From positions 1 to 25,259 of the forward strand of contig JAHLVW010000080.1 in assembly GCA_019058275.1 (NCBI GenBank): DNA of 25,259 bases. The letters run 5' to 3'. This DNA is from Candidatus Heimdallarchaeota archaeon (GTDB taxonomy: Archaea; Asgardarchaeota; Heimdallarchaeia; JABLTI01). Position numbers and translations under genes: made by a program. Below are positions 9,490 to 18,237 of the stretch, piece by piece (positions within the stretch are counted from its first letter, which is position 1; each line of letters begins with the position of its first letter). The notes below the pieces were generated by a model. It was not told the DNA's origin, did not search any database, and worked only from the letters and a program-made list of their open reading frames with translations.

Positions 9490-9574
9490 AACTTCAAGAA
9501 GAAGTGGGTAAAGCGACTTCTTATTTTCCTTGTTTTTTATTTGCACTTTTTTCCTAGCTTAGCTTAGGCAGGTT
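9490..9574 (+). repeat. Repeat copy 4 (right half of core, ends 9507) plus distal GCTTAGCTTAGGCAGGTT motif
   Basis: CTTCAAGAAGAAGTGG-GTAAAGCGACTTC; distal motif 9545..9574 matches 1348..1378. Confidence 0.75.
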
Positions 9575-9718
9575 TGTCGAAAAAACGAAATCTTGAAGAA
9601 TTGAATTAGTCGTATTAGAATGTTTATTTCTTTTCAGCAATGCGATCTGACACGAAAAGTGGTAATTTAGAATATTCTAAGAAAACTTTATTTTCCATCT
9701 CACCAAATTTATAAAAAC

Positions 9719-10705
9719 ATGGTGGACTTCTTGAATGATAAATCAATAATTGGGAAACTTCTAGAATCAACTGAACCAGCTATTCAATTGAAAATTTATT
9801 TGCGATTATTAGATTTTGAGTATGACTCACCTGAAGTGAAGAAGCTTATATCAAACATTAAAGAAAAATCTCCTATTATCTCCAATCTTTTCGCTTATCT
9901 ACCAAAATCTGAAGCTGAAACGATATTTCATGTTTACACAAAATTTCAAGGTGCTCATTGGATATTATCAATTTTAGCTGATATTGGTTATCCTGCTGGA
10001 GATAAAATGCTCCAACCAAGTATCAATCTAGTATTGAAATGGCTGTTGGGTGCAAAAAAAAGACTAATAATAAAAGGACGAAGACGGTTCTGTGCTTCAC
10101 AAGAAGGAAATGGTCTGTACTCAGCTCTTTTGTTAGGTTTTTATGATGCGAGATGTGATACCCTATGTGAACGATTAATCAAATACCAATGGGCGGATGG
10201 TGGATGGAATTGTGATCGAAATCCAACTGCAATTAATTCTTCTTATCATGAAAGTTTAATTCCAATGCGAGCATTGAATTATTACCAAAAAGAAAAACCT
10301 AGCTCACAAGTAAAAAACGCTTTAGAAAAAGCAGGAGAACTCTTTCTAAAAAGAAAGCTCTTTAGACGATTAAGTGATGGTGAAATAGTTAAAGCTAATT
10401 GGCTACTACTTCGTTATCCTTCTTATTGGCATTATGACATTCTAACAGCAATGAAGGTTCTAGCTGAAGCTAAGAAGATAAATGACAAGCGTTGTAATGA
10501 AGCATTGGATTTATTGGAATCAAAAAGATTAGCTGATGGCGGTTTTCCCAAAGAATATAAATACTGCCAATCTTCAAATCCAGAGAATAGATATTTTAAT
10601 CCTGCTGATTGGAAATCAGTAAATAAAAAGAAAATGAATGAATGGGTTACAATAGATGCCCTGTATGTTTTGAAAGAAGCAAAAAGAATTGACATTGAAT
10701 ATTAA
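9719..10705 (+). CDS. Prenyltransferase/squalene-cyclase-like alpha/alpha-barrel protein, function unknown
   Basis: QWADGGWNC and RLADGGF QW-type repeats; YPSYWHYDIL; WVT..AL.VL. Confidence 0.65.
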   Translation: MVDFLNDKSIIGKLLESTEPAIQLKIYLRLLDFEYDSPEVKKLISNIKEKSPIISNLFAYLPKSEAETIFHVYTKFQGAHWILSILADIGYPAGDKMLQPSINLVLKWLLGAKKRLIIKGRRRFCASQEGNGLYSALLLGFYDARCDTLCERLIKYQWADGGWNCDRNPTAINSSYHESLIPMRALNYYQKEKPSSQVKNALEKAGELFLKRKLFRRLSDGEIVKANWLLLRYPSYWHYDILTAMKVLAEAKKINDKRCNEALDLLESKRLADGGFPKEYKYCQSSNPENRYFNPADWKSVNKKKMNEWVTIDALYVLKEAKRIDIEY

Positions 10706-10721
10706 ATTTTAAAAGAAATAG

Positions 10722-10865
10722 TCAGATCTTGTTAGGGTTGTTGGAACAGGTGGTCAGACAGTAGGTTATACAAGCCAAAGTATTAAGAAAGATTTTCTCA
10801 TATCATTAGTAGTGATCTTCTTATTAGCTGTGATAGGAATCGTTGTGATAGTTATACTAGCCTAA
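10722..10865 (+). pseudogene. Possible start-less 3' remnant of a C-terminally anchored membrane protein
   Basis: Open frame ...VVGTGGQTVGYTSQSIKKDFLISLVVIFLLAVIGIVVIVILA* with no convincing start. Confidence 0.3.
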
Positions 10866-10911
10866 TAGCTGGTAATTCTCCTTCACTTGGTTTTTGCTAC
10901 TTTTACTTATT

Positions 10912-10972
10912 CTTTCCGACCTGAACTTCTAGACCTTAAAGAGGAAGTGTGTGCAGTGATTCTACATTTTTT
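10912..10972 (+). repeat. Repeat copy 5 (core 10923..10950; type-A right flank)
   Basis: CCGACCT-GAACTTCTAGACCTTAAAGAGGAAGTGT-GTGCAGTGATTCTACATTTT. Confidence 0.92.
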
Positions 10973-10996
10973 ATTATTTTTCATAGATTATTTATA

Positions 10997-11575
10997 TTAA
11001 TCAATCACTATTGCATGAAATTCTAAATGGTTTCTAGCTAATCCAGCAAATTCATTATTTTTATTCTTCATAAATTTCAGCATTTCAGTTGCTTCTTTCT
11101 TATCATGAATACTAGTAGCACCTTGATAATTTCCAATTGCAAAGTTTAGAAATCGTAAAAAGATTCTTCGATCTTTAAGAAGATCATAACGATTTAATTT
11201 TAAATCTTTAATCATTCTATTTACCCTTGGTTCAGAATTTTGGTTTTTTGCTTTAAAGGATATTTCGTCTCCTTCCACATCATATTCTATTAATGATTCT
11301 AGTTGTTCCACTAGGATTTATGTAACATGGTTTTTCTTTTGTTAGATCTGATTCAAGTTTTTTTGCTTCTTGTCCCAAAATTGGAAATTTATCTGATTTT
11401 CTTTGATTGCACCAGTAACATGATAAAATAAAATTCTCCCATGTGTGCGTTAGCCACCAGTACTTAGCTTTTGGTCTAAAATGATAAATTGATCCTGGAT
11501 GTGTTGCAAGTATCTTCTACAAAAATTTGTTATTGCCAACTTTTCTTAGTAGTTCTTTTCTGGTTAGTGTATACT
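10997..11575 (-). pseudogene. Decayed HNH endonuclease (TIGR02646/PtuB-like)
   Basis: Frame 11516..11280 reads IYHFRPKAKYWWLTHTWENFILSCYWCNQRKSDKFP...EKPCYINP. A frameshift near 11310 joins it to ORF 10997..11311 (…DLKLNR..L..DR). In-frame stop at 11517..11519; 5' part missing. Confidence 0.75.
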
Positions 11576-11580
11576 AGTTT

Positions 11581-11605
11581 GATTTCTGCCTTTAAGAAGA
11601 AGTGA
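11581..11605 (+). repeat. Repeat copy 6 (core only, about 2 nt short)
   Basis: GATTTCTGCCTTTAAGAAGAAGTGA. Confidence 0.7.
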
Positions 11606-11638
11606 ATGTTTTTATAAGCAAGTTTGAAGTAATATATT

Positions 11639-11860
11639 ATGATGAATATGGCTAATAAGACAGTAGATCTCAATCCTCAAGCATATGAGTTACTTTTGAA
11701 ATTACAAAGGAAAGGGGAATCGTTAAGTGACACCATTATTCGTCTTGTAGCAAAACCATCAATCGAGAACATAATAAAACAATTTGGATTACTAGCAGAT
11801 GATCTCGATGAAATTGAACTTGAGAAGTTCAAGGCAGCAGCTAGGGAAGCTTGGGAGTAA
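11639..11860 (+). CDS. vapB: VapB-type antitoxin (DUF217-like)
   Basis: KTVDLNPQAYELLLKLQRKGESLSDTIIRL; overlaps the PIN gene by TAATG; TTTTATAAG TATA-like box ~11609. Confidence 0.85.
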   Translation: MMNMANKTVDLNPQAYELLLKLQRKGESLSDTIIRLVAKPSIENIIKQFGLLADDLDEIELEKFKAAAREAWE

Positions 11861-12267
11861 TGCGACCAGTTATAGCTGACACTAATTTTCTTTCTGATAT
11901 TCTAGCTGGGAAATCATCAGCTAAGAAAGCTCTTACAGAAATCATTACTGATGGTTATTACATTATCACAACCGTTATTACAACTTCCGAATTGTTTTTT
12001 GGTGCTAAACGCAGGAATTGGCAAGAAACAAGAGTTGTCAAGTTAGAGGAATTCATAGATTCTCTTCAAGTATTAGACTTCACTTTAGAACATTCTAAGA
12101 TTTTTGGTTCTCTTCGAGCAGAATTAGTCGATGTTGGACAAGATATTGGTTTTGCAGATACTGCAATAGCTGCCATTGCACTATCCCTAGATTTACCTAT
12201 TATCTCTGCAAACGTAAAGCATTTTAAACGTATTCAAAACCTGAAGATTGTACCCTATACTTCTTGA
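11860..12267 (+). CDS. vapC: VapC PIN-domain ribonuclease toxin
   Basis: IADTNFL, TTSELFFG, FADTAIAAIA, SANVKHF. Confidence 0.92.
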   Translation: MRPVIADTNFLSDILAGKSSAKKALTEIITDGYYIITTVITTSELFFGAKRRNWQETRVVKLEEFIDSLQVLDFTLEHSKIFGSLRAELVDVGQDIGFADTAIAAIALSLDLPIISANVKHFKRIQNLKIVPYTS

Positions 12268-12329
12268 TTTCTATAATAACTTTCTCCTAAATAATCTCGA
12301 GAATCATTATTTATTCTATTTTTCTAAAA

Positions 12330-12420
12330 ATACTGAGTAGGTGAGTACTTATCTCATAAGCGTGCCCTTCCCAACTTGCCCTTCTAGACCTTAAAGAAGA
12401 AGTGTGAGTCCTGAGTATCA
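12330..12420 (+). repeat. Repeat copy 7 (full length; core 12378..12405; type-B right flank)
   Basis: GTACTTATCTCATAAGCGTGCCCTTCCCAACTT-GCCCTTCTAGACCTTAAAGAAGAAGTGT-GAGTCCTGAGTATCA. Confidence 0.92.
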
Positions 12421-12513
12421 TTATCCTTGGTATCATGAGAAAAGAATTAATCAATTAAAAAGCTTTTAAAATGATGTTTTTCTTTTAAATGTATCATTAA
12501 TCGAGGAAAGTGT

Positions 12514-12684
12514 ATGAAGAGATGCAAGAAATCAAAAGCGCAGAATCCCTATGTAAAGTGGTTTTTTGTTCATGTATTGAATCATAAAATGCTTTTTACG
12601 CTAAATTTCATAGGTATAGTGGCAGTAACCTACACGCGGTCGATTGTACCTAAACGGATTGGTGTAATATGTCTATTAAAGTAG
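12514..12684 (+). pseudogene. Truncated duplicate of the 5' end of the ABC gene at 13903 (56-aa ORF)
   Basis: MKRCKKSKAQNPYVKWFFVHVLNHKMLFTLNFIGIVAVTYTRSIVPKRIG... matches 13903 onward; upstream ~90 bp also duplicated (12421..12669 vs 13812..14058). Confidence 0.9.
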
Positions 12685-12746
12685 TTTTCATTTAGAGTTA
12701 AAATAACATTTAATAATTTTGAATTAAGTATTATTGGTAAAAAAAT

Positions 12747-13700
12747 ATGATCTATATGTATGATAACGCAAATAATTTAACTGATTCGTGTAAATTTGAA
12801 GAAAACAACTATTTCTATAAATATGGGATTCTTTCTCTTCAACATTTAGCGACCCTACAAGAGGATATTGATAAATTAAAAAGGGCTAAAAAATTAAGCG
12901 AAAATGAAAATTTCCAAAGATCTATGCAAAGGAGGAATTTTGAAAAGCCCTCCGAATTCCAAGAAGCTAAGTATCTTATTATATTAGCTAGATCTCGAAA
13001 ACTTGGAATTATTAATTTTCACTATAATGGAAAGAAGTATGAAATCAAAGTACCGCCGGATTTTCATGATGATGGTGTTACTGAAGAAGATGTCGAAAAA
13101 GCAATACACAAACATATTATTAAAAAATCCGGATACAAAATTGTAGAAACAGAAAAAATACATCTAAAACTAGCTGCTGTTCGAAGTGGTTTAGCAAAAT
13201 ATGGGAGGAACAATATTTGCTATGTTGATGGCATGGGAAGTTTTCTTACATTATCTGCTTATTTTACTGATTATGATTTTCAAAATGAAACTATCAGTGA
13301 GCTAAAAATGATGGATAGATGTGAAAAATGTAATATTTGTTTAAATAAATGCCCTACAAAAGCAATAAGTAAAGAAAATTTTGTAATCGATGCAGGAAAA
13401 TGCATTACACAGTATAATGAATATAAAGGCGAATTTCCAAAATGGATTGATAAGAAATTTCATAATGCAATAGAAGGGTGTTTACATTGTCAATACCATT
13501 GTCCAGCAAATAAAGAGGTAATAAAAGATATAGTAAGACTTGAAGATATTACCGAAGAGGAAACAAAAGTTCTTCTTGATGACCTTGAAAATCCTGAATT
13601 GCTGAATTCTCTTATTAAGAAAATAAAAATGTTTACTCTTGAAGATGCAGATGAAGAATTACCAATTATAAAGAGAAATTTAGAAGTTCTAATTAAATGA
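12747..13700 (+). CDS. Epoxyqueuosine reductase (QueG)-like cobalamin/2x[4Fe-4S] protein
   Basis: LKLAAVRSGLAKYGRNN, GSFLTL..YFTD, CEKCNICLNKCP, CITQYNE, CLHCQYHCP. Confidence 0.8.
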   Translation: MIYMYDNANNLTDSCKFEENNYFYKYGILSLQHLATLQEDIDKLKRAKKLSENENFQRSMQRRNFEKPSEFQEAKYLIILARSRKLGIINFHYNGKKYEIKVPPDFHDDGVTEEDVEKAIHKHIIKKSGYKIVETEKIHLKLAAVRSGLAKYGRNNICYVDGMGSFLTLSAYFTDYDFQNETISELKMMDRCEKCNICLNKCPTKAISKENFVIDAGKCITQYNEYKGEFPKWIDKKFHNAIEGCLHCQYHCPANKEVIKDIVRLEDITEEETKVLLDDLENPELLNSLIKKIKMFTLEDADEELPIIKRNLEVLIK

Positions 13701-13771
13701 TTTTTTTAATTGGTTCTTTGTTCTGCATTTAATTTTATTTTTCCAGCTTAATCTTGTCTAGATTTGGTGAA

Positions 13772-13790
13772 AACTTAAGGAAGAAATGGG
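13772..13790 (+). repeat. Repeat copy 8 (degenerate right half)
   Basis: AACTTAAGGAAGAAATGGG; lies at about the same place relative to the duplicated ABC leader as copy 7. Confidence 0.5.
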
Positions 13791-13902
13791 TATATTTTTT
13801 ACATAAAATCCTCATCCTTGTTATCATTAAAAAAGAATTAAACATTAAAAAACTTTTAAAAGGATTGTTCGTTTAAAATGTATCTTGAATCGAGGAAAGT
13901 GT

Positions 13903-15684
13903 ATGAAGAGACGCAAAAAATCAAAAACGCAGAATCCCTATGTAAAGTGGTTTTTTGTTCATGTATTGAATCATAAAATGCTTTTTACGCTAAATTTCAT
14001 AGGGATAGTTGCAGTAACCTACACGCGGACGATTATACCTATTCGCATTGGAGCGATAACTGATTCTATTGTAGACAAGCAATTTACTATGAGTCTCTTA
14101 TATACAATATTAATTCTGCTAGGATTTTACTTCCTCAGAAATATTGTTGAATACACTACCTGGATGATTGGGCACCAATTGGGCTCCAAAACTGAAGCTT
14201 CTATGCGTAGGGAATTCTTCGAGAATGTTCAGAACAAACCTCTAAGTTTTCATGATGGCATTAAAACAGGAGATTTACAAGCTTTAGCTACAAACGATCT
14301 ACGCGTAGTTAATACATTAATAGCGCACGGTTCATTTTACGTTTATCCTTTTGTGCAAACCATTATTACTCTTGTACAAATTAACACGTTTAATTGGATA
14401 ATGGGTTTACTTGTTATACCATTTTTGGGGTTGTATATCGTTTTTGTACTGCGGTATCGTAAGCATTTGACTCCTTATTCAAAAGAATCCTTAAGAAAGC
14501 ACGCCGATGTTACGGTGGCTTTACAAGAGAGTTTGAATAGTGTACAAGTTACTAAAGCTTTTTGCGCGGAGGATTTCGAATATAGAAAGTTTAGAAAGTC
14601 TGTACAAGAATTCAGAAAGAATCGATTAGGAGAAATTAGAATTCAAGCTCGCTTTTATCCTTTATTGACTCTTTATGCTGCTATCGGTATTTCTGTAGTC
14701 TCTGGCACTCTTTTAATCATATATGGTTTTATGTCAATAGGTGAATTAACAGCTGTGCTTCTTTTATTGATTGCTCTTATTGGTCCTACCGATATGATTT
14801 TTTGGGCTACAAGAGATATGATCAGAGGATTTGGTGCAAGTGAGAGGCTCTTTTCTACTATTTCAACCGGTAAAGTAGAGCTGTTACCTGATAAAAAAAC
14901 TGATTATTCAGACGTTTTCAAAGGTGCAATTGAATTTCAAAATGTTTCATTTGCATATAACAATGCTAATCACAAGAAAACACTAGTTTTAAAGAATTTG
15001 ACCTTTAAAATCGAACCTAACCAACGTGTAGCTTTAGTAGGTCCAACTGGCTGTGGGAAAACAACTTTAGCTAAGCTTTTGTTAAGGTTATACGATCCTC
15101 AAGAGGGGACTATTTTACTAGATGGTAAACCAATTCAAGAATACCCCTTAGAAATGGTTCGGCAACAAGTATCCTTAATTGAGCAGGATATTTATTTATT
15201 CTCTCAAACTATCGCAGAGAACATTAAATTTGGTTTTCTTGACGCATCAAAAGAGAAGATCATAGAAGTAGCTAAGTTAGCCCAAGCTCATGATTTTATA
15301 ACCAATTTTAACAATGGTTATGATACAATTGTGGGAGAAAGGGGAACTACTCTTTCGGGAGGAGAAAAACAACGTGTTGCCATAGCTCGTGCTTTCCTTA
15401 CCAATCCCGATGTTTTAATTCTCGATGATTCGATGAGCTCTATAGATAGTGAAACTGAGGAAAAGATAGGTACAGCAATCATGAATATCTTAGAAGATCG
15501 TACTACTTTGATAATTACTCACCGTTTGCATACTATTCGAACCTCAGATTTAATTCTGGTAATGAAGAATGGGGAAATAGTGGCTCAAGGAGAGCATGAA
15601 GAACTGCTAAAAAGTTCTAAAGATTACAAGAAAGTCTTCGGAATGCATTTAGCTGACGAAAAAATTACTCAGGAGGTAAACTAA
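13903..15684 (+). CDS. ABC exporter, fused TMD-NBD, heterodimer subunit 1 (MdlA/TmrAB-like)
   Basis: Walker A GPTGCGKT, LSGGE, Walker B ILDD (non-catalytic Asp), THRL; GAGG RBS before ATG 13903. Confidence 0.93.
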   Translation: MKRRKKSKTQNPYVKWFFVHVLNHKMLFTLNFIGIVAVTYTRTIIPIRIGAITDSIVDKQFTMSLLYTILILLGFYFLRNIVEYTTWMIGHQLGSKTEASMRREFFENVQNKPLSFHDGIKTGDLQALATNDLRVVNTLIAHGSFYVYPFVQTIITLVQINTFNWIMGLLVIPFLGLYIVFVLRYRKHLTPYSKESLRKHADVTVALQESLNSVQVTKAFCAEDFEYRKFRKSVQEFRKNRLGEIRIQARFYPLLTLYAAIGISVVSGTLLIIYGFMSIGELTAVLLLLIALIGPTDMIFWATRDMIRGFGASERLFSTISTGKVELLPDKKTDYSDVFKGAIEFQNVSFAYNNANHKKTLVLKNLTFKIEPNQRVALVGPTGCGKTTLAKLLLRLYDPQEGTILLDGKPIQEYPLEMVRQQVSLIEQDIYLFSQTIAENIKFGFLDASKEKIIEVAKLAQAHDFITNFNNGYDTIVGERGTTLSGGEKQRVAIARAFLTNPDVLILDDSMSSIDSETEEKIGTAIMNILEDRTTLIITHRLHTIRTSDLILVMKNGEIVAQGEHEELLKSSKDYKKVFGMHLADEKITQEVN

Positions 15685-17478
15685 GTGGGACTATTCAGAA
15701 GCTCTATGAGAGATAAAGATGAACGTACCTATCGTGATAGAGAATTATTCAAAAGGTATATCAAAAGACTTTCTCCTTACAAAAAGAATATTGTGTTAAT
15801 TGCTTTATTCATAGTTCTTCAAGCAATTACCGCGGTGATCTTACCTCTACTAGTTCGTTTTGTTACTGATGAGTTACGACTAGCAGCTCCACGGTATGTA
15901 TTGACTATTCTTGCAGCTGTAGGGTTTTTAATCTTGTATTTATTAAATTGGGGTGCATTCGCTATGCAACAAGTACAATCTGGAAAATATGTTCCATTTT
16001 TCTTAGAAGATTTGCGTCTTGAATTATTTTCCAAACTACAAGAGCAAGACATGACTTTCTTTGATGAGCGTATGAGTGGTAAACTTAACAGCATTGTCGT
16101 AAACGATACATTAGACTTCAGTAGCACAGCTATACTCATTAGTAATACCATTGGTAGCATTATCATTAGCCTTAGTACCCTCGGCATTCTTTTTTACTAT
16201 AATTACATTCTCGCTTTAATTACAATGGCAGCTATCCCTGTATTATTCATATTAATGTATGCTCTTCGTAATCTTGCTAAACGAGTTAGTAAATCTTATC
16301 GAGAAGCTATTAGTAGCGTAAATTCCGCTATGGTTGAAGCTATTGAGGGTATTCAAGTATCCAAAAGTTTTGGTCAAGAGATCAACATTGCTAGTCAATT
16401 TGAAGATATTAACCAGAACTATTTCCGTTCGTGGATGCGTTTGACTGCTACTACTCATTTCTGGAGACCATTGCTTAATACTATAACTGCAGTCATCCTC
16501 TGTCTTGTGCTGTATTTTGGAATAGGCATGGATATATCAGCAGGCACATTGGTAATGTTTGTATTATATCTTGAAACTTTCTTTAGACCTGTGATGCAGT
16601 TAGCGAGATTCTTCCCAGAATTAAGTGCTGGAATGGCTGCCTATGAGCGTATCTTAAGCATAATAGATTGTGAACCAGTCGTTCAGCAAAAACCAGATGC
16701 TCAACCTATTGAAGAAATAAAGGGAAATATTCAATTTGAACACGTCAATTTTTGGTACAATCGAGATAATGTAGTTTTTGAAGATCTAAATTTAACTATT
16801 CGTAAAGGAGAGAAACTTGCTATAGTTGGTCATACTGGATCAGGTAAGACTTCTTTAGTTTCCTTACTCTCTCGCTACTATGAATATCAAGGTGGTGACA
16901 TCCTAATCGATGGACATAGTATACGCAATTATACCTTAGAATCTTACAGAAAACAATTTGGTAAGGTAGAGCAGAATGTCTATTTATTCCCTGGCTCCAT
17001 TAAAGAAAATATCCGATATGGAAGAGAAAATGTTACGGATGAAGATATCTGGCGTGTATTAGATATAGTACAAGCTAGTGAATTTATTCATAGACTGCCA
17101 GATGGATTAGAAACAATAATTGGTGATCGAGGACGTGACCTTTCTGTGGGTCAAAGGCAGCTAATCAGTTTTGCACGCGCAATTCTCTTAAATCCCGAAA
17201 TCCTCATTTTAGATGAAGCGACATCGAGTGTAGATGCATATACAGAAGCGATGATTCAAGAGGCCTTAGAAAAAATGCTTGAGGACCGAACAGCTATCAT
17301 TGTTGCACATCGATTAAGTACTATTGTAAATGCTGATCGTATCATTGTAATAGATAATGGTGATATTGTTGAGGAAGGAACGCATGAGGAACTTTTAAAT
17401 CTACAAGGAAAATATGCTTCACTCTACAATCAATATTTCGTTCATCAAAGTCTAGAATGGCAGGAACAATCTTTCTAG
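15685..17478 (+). CDS. ABC exporter, fused TMD-NBD, heterodimer subunit 2 (MdlB-like)
   Basis: GHTGSGKT, degenerate signature LSVGQ, ILDEATS, AHRL; GGAGG RBS, GTG start abutting the upstream stop. Confidence 0.93.
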   Translation: MGLFRSSMRDKDERTYRDRELFKRYIKRLSPYKKNIVLIALFIVLQAITAVILPLLVRFVTDELRLAAPRYVLTILAAVGFLILYLLNWGAFAMQQVQSGKYVPFFLEDLRLELFSKLQEQDMTFFDERMSGKLNSIVVNDTLDFSSTAILISNTIGSIIISLSTLGILFYYNYILALITMAAIPVLFILMYALRNLAKRVSKSYREAISSVNSAMVEAIEGIQVSKSFGQEINIASQFEDINQNYFRSWMRLTATTHFWRPLLNTITAVILCLVLYFGIGMDISAGTLVMFVLYLETFFRPVMQLARFFPELSAGMAAYERILSIIDCEPVVQQKPDAQPIEEIKGNIQFEHVNFWYNRDNVVFEDLNLTIRKGEKLAIVGHTGSGKTSLVSLLSRYYEYQGGDILIDGHSIRNYTLESYRKQFGKVEQNVYLFPGSIKENIRYGRENVTDEDIWRVLDIVQASEFIHRLPDGLETIIGDRGRDLSVGQRQLISFARAILLNPEILILDEATSSVDAYTEAMIQEALEKMLEDRTAIIVAHRLSTIVNADRIIVIDNGDIVEEGTHEELLNLQGKYASLYNQYFVHQSLEWQEQSF

Positions 17479-17603
17479 AAGTAACTATGAATTTGTAATT
17501 GCAATTTTTGATTTATTATCATATTAATCTAAACTCTTTTAGAATTAGTAATTCAAGTGTAAAAATCAAATAGAAATAGGTACTAATTATTTCTTTTACT
17601 TTT

Positions 17604-18159
17604 TATGATGTTTTATCCTGACTAATTTTATTCATTATTTTCCTCTTAGAAAAATTCACTTTATGGCAACTTTAAAGAACTCTTATTGAGAAACAATATT
17701 TGGTGACTTATTGGGGGTACTTTTGGTTTGTTTAGTTACTATCCTTTTCTTCTCGAATTACTCAATATTATGCCTACTTATTATACCAGTTTTATTTATG
17801 GTCTTGCTCAAACTGGTTTTTACCTTCTAGGTTCCCTAATTCTTTTTTTGATTATTTTTTTCCTTTTGCGATTTCTTCAAGAGAAAGCTCTCCTATGTTC
17901 GTAAATCTACTTTACCTCTTTCTCTCACTAGTTTCATTGGTTTTATCGTATCAACTTTTTTTTCATTCTCTTTTGGACTAAATTTCTTCATTGTGAATAT
18001 TTTTCTCTCTATATTCCTGAAGTTCTTATGTGGACTCTTCCCTTTGCTTTGTATTTTTTCCTATCTCTTTCCTTTTTCCTTTGGTTCCTTGTTCAACGCA
18101 TTAAAATTAAGAAGAAATCAGCTTCAATTGTTGATTCTCTTGCTCAAATAGATCTATAG
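17604..18159 (+). pseudogene. Probable decayed multi-pass membrane protein gene
   Basis: Pyrimidine-rich stretch giving hydrophobic segments across stops/frameshifts in T-runs (LIGGTFGLFSYYPFLL...; FYLLGSLILFLIIFF; LMWTLPFALYFFLSLSFFLWFLVQRIKIKKK...IDL*). Confidence 0.45.
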
Positions 18160-18177
18160 ACATTAAAGATGAAGTGA
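18150..18177 (+). repeat. Repeat copy 9 (degenerate core)
   Basis: AGATCTATAGACATTAAAGATGAAGTGA, ungapped match to the consensus core. Confidence 0.65.
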
Positions 18178-18237
18178 TGGTTAGTATAGGATTATCCTCT
18201 TGAATTATAGAAAAAATTAGTGAATGATTTTTCCTAG

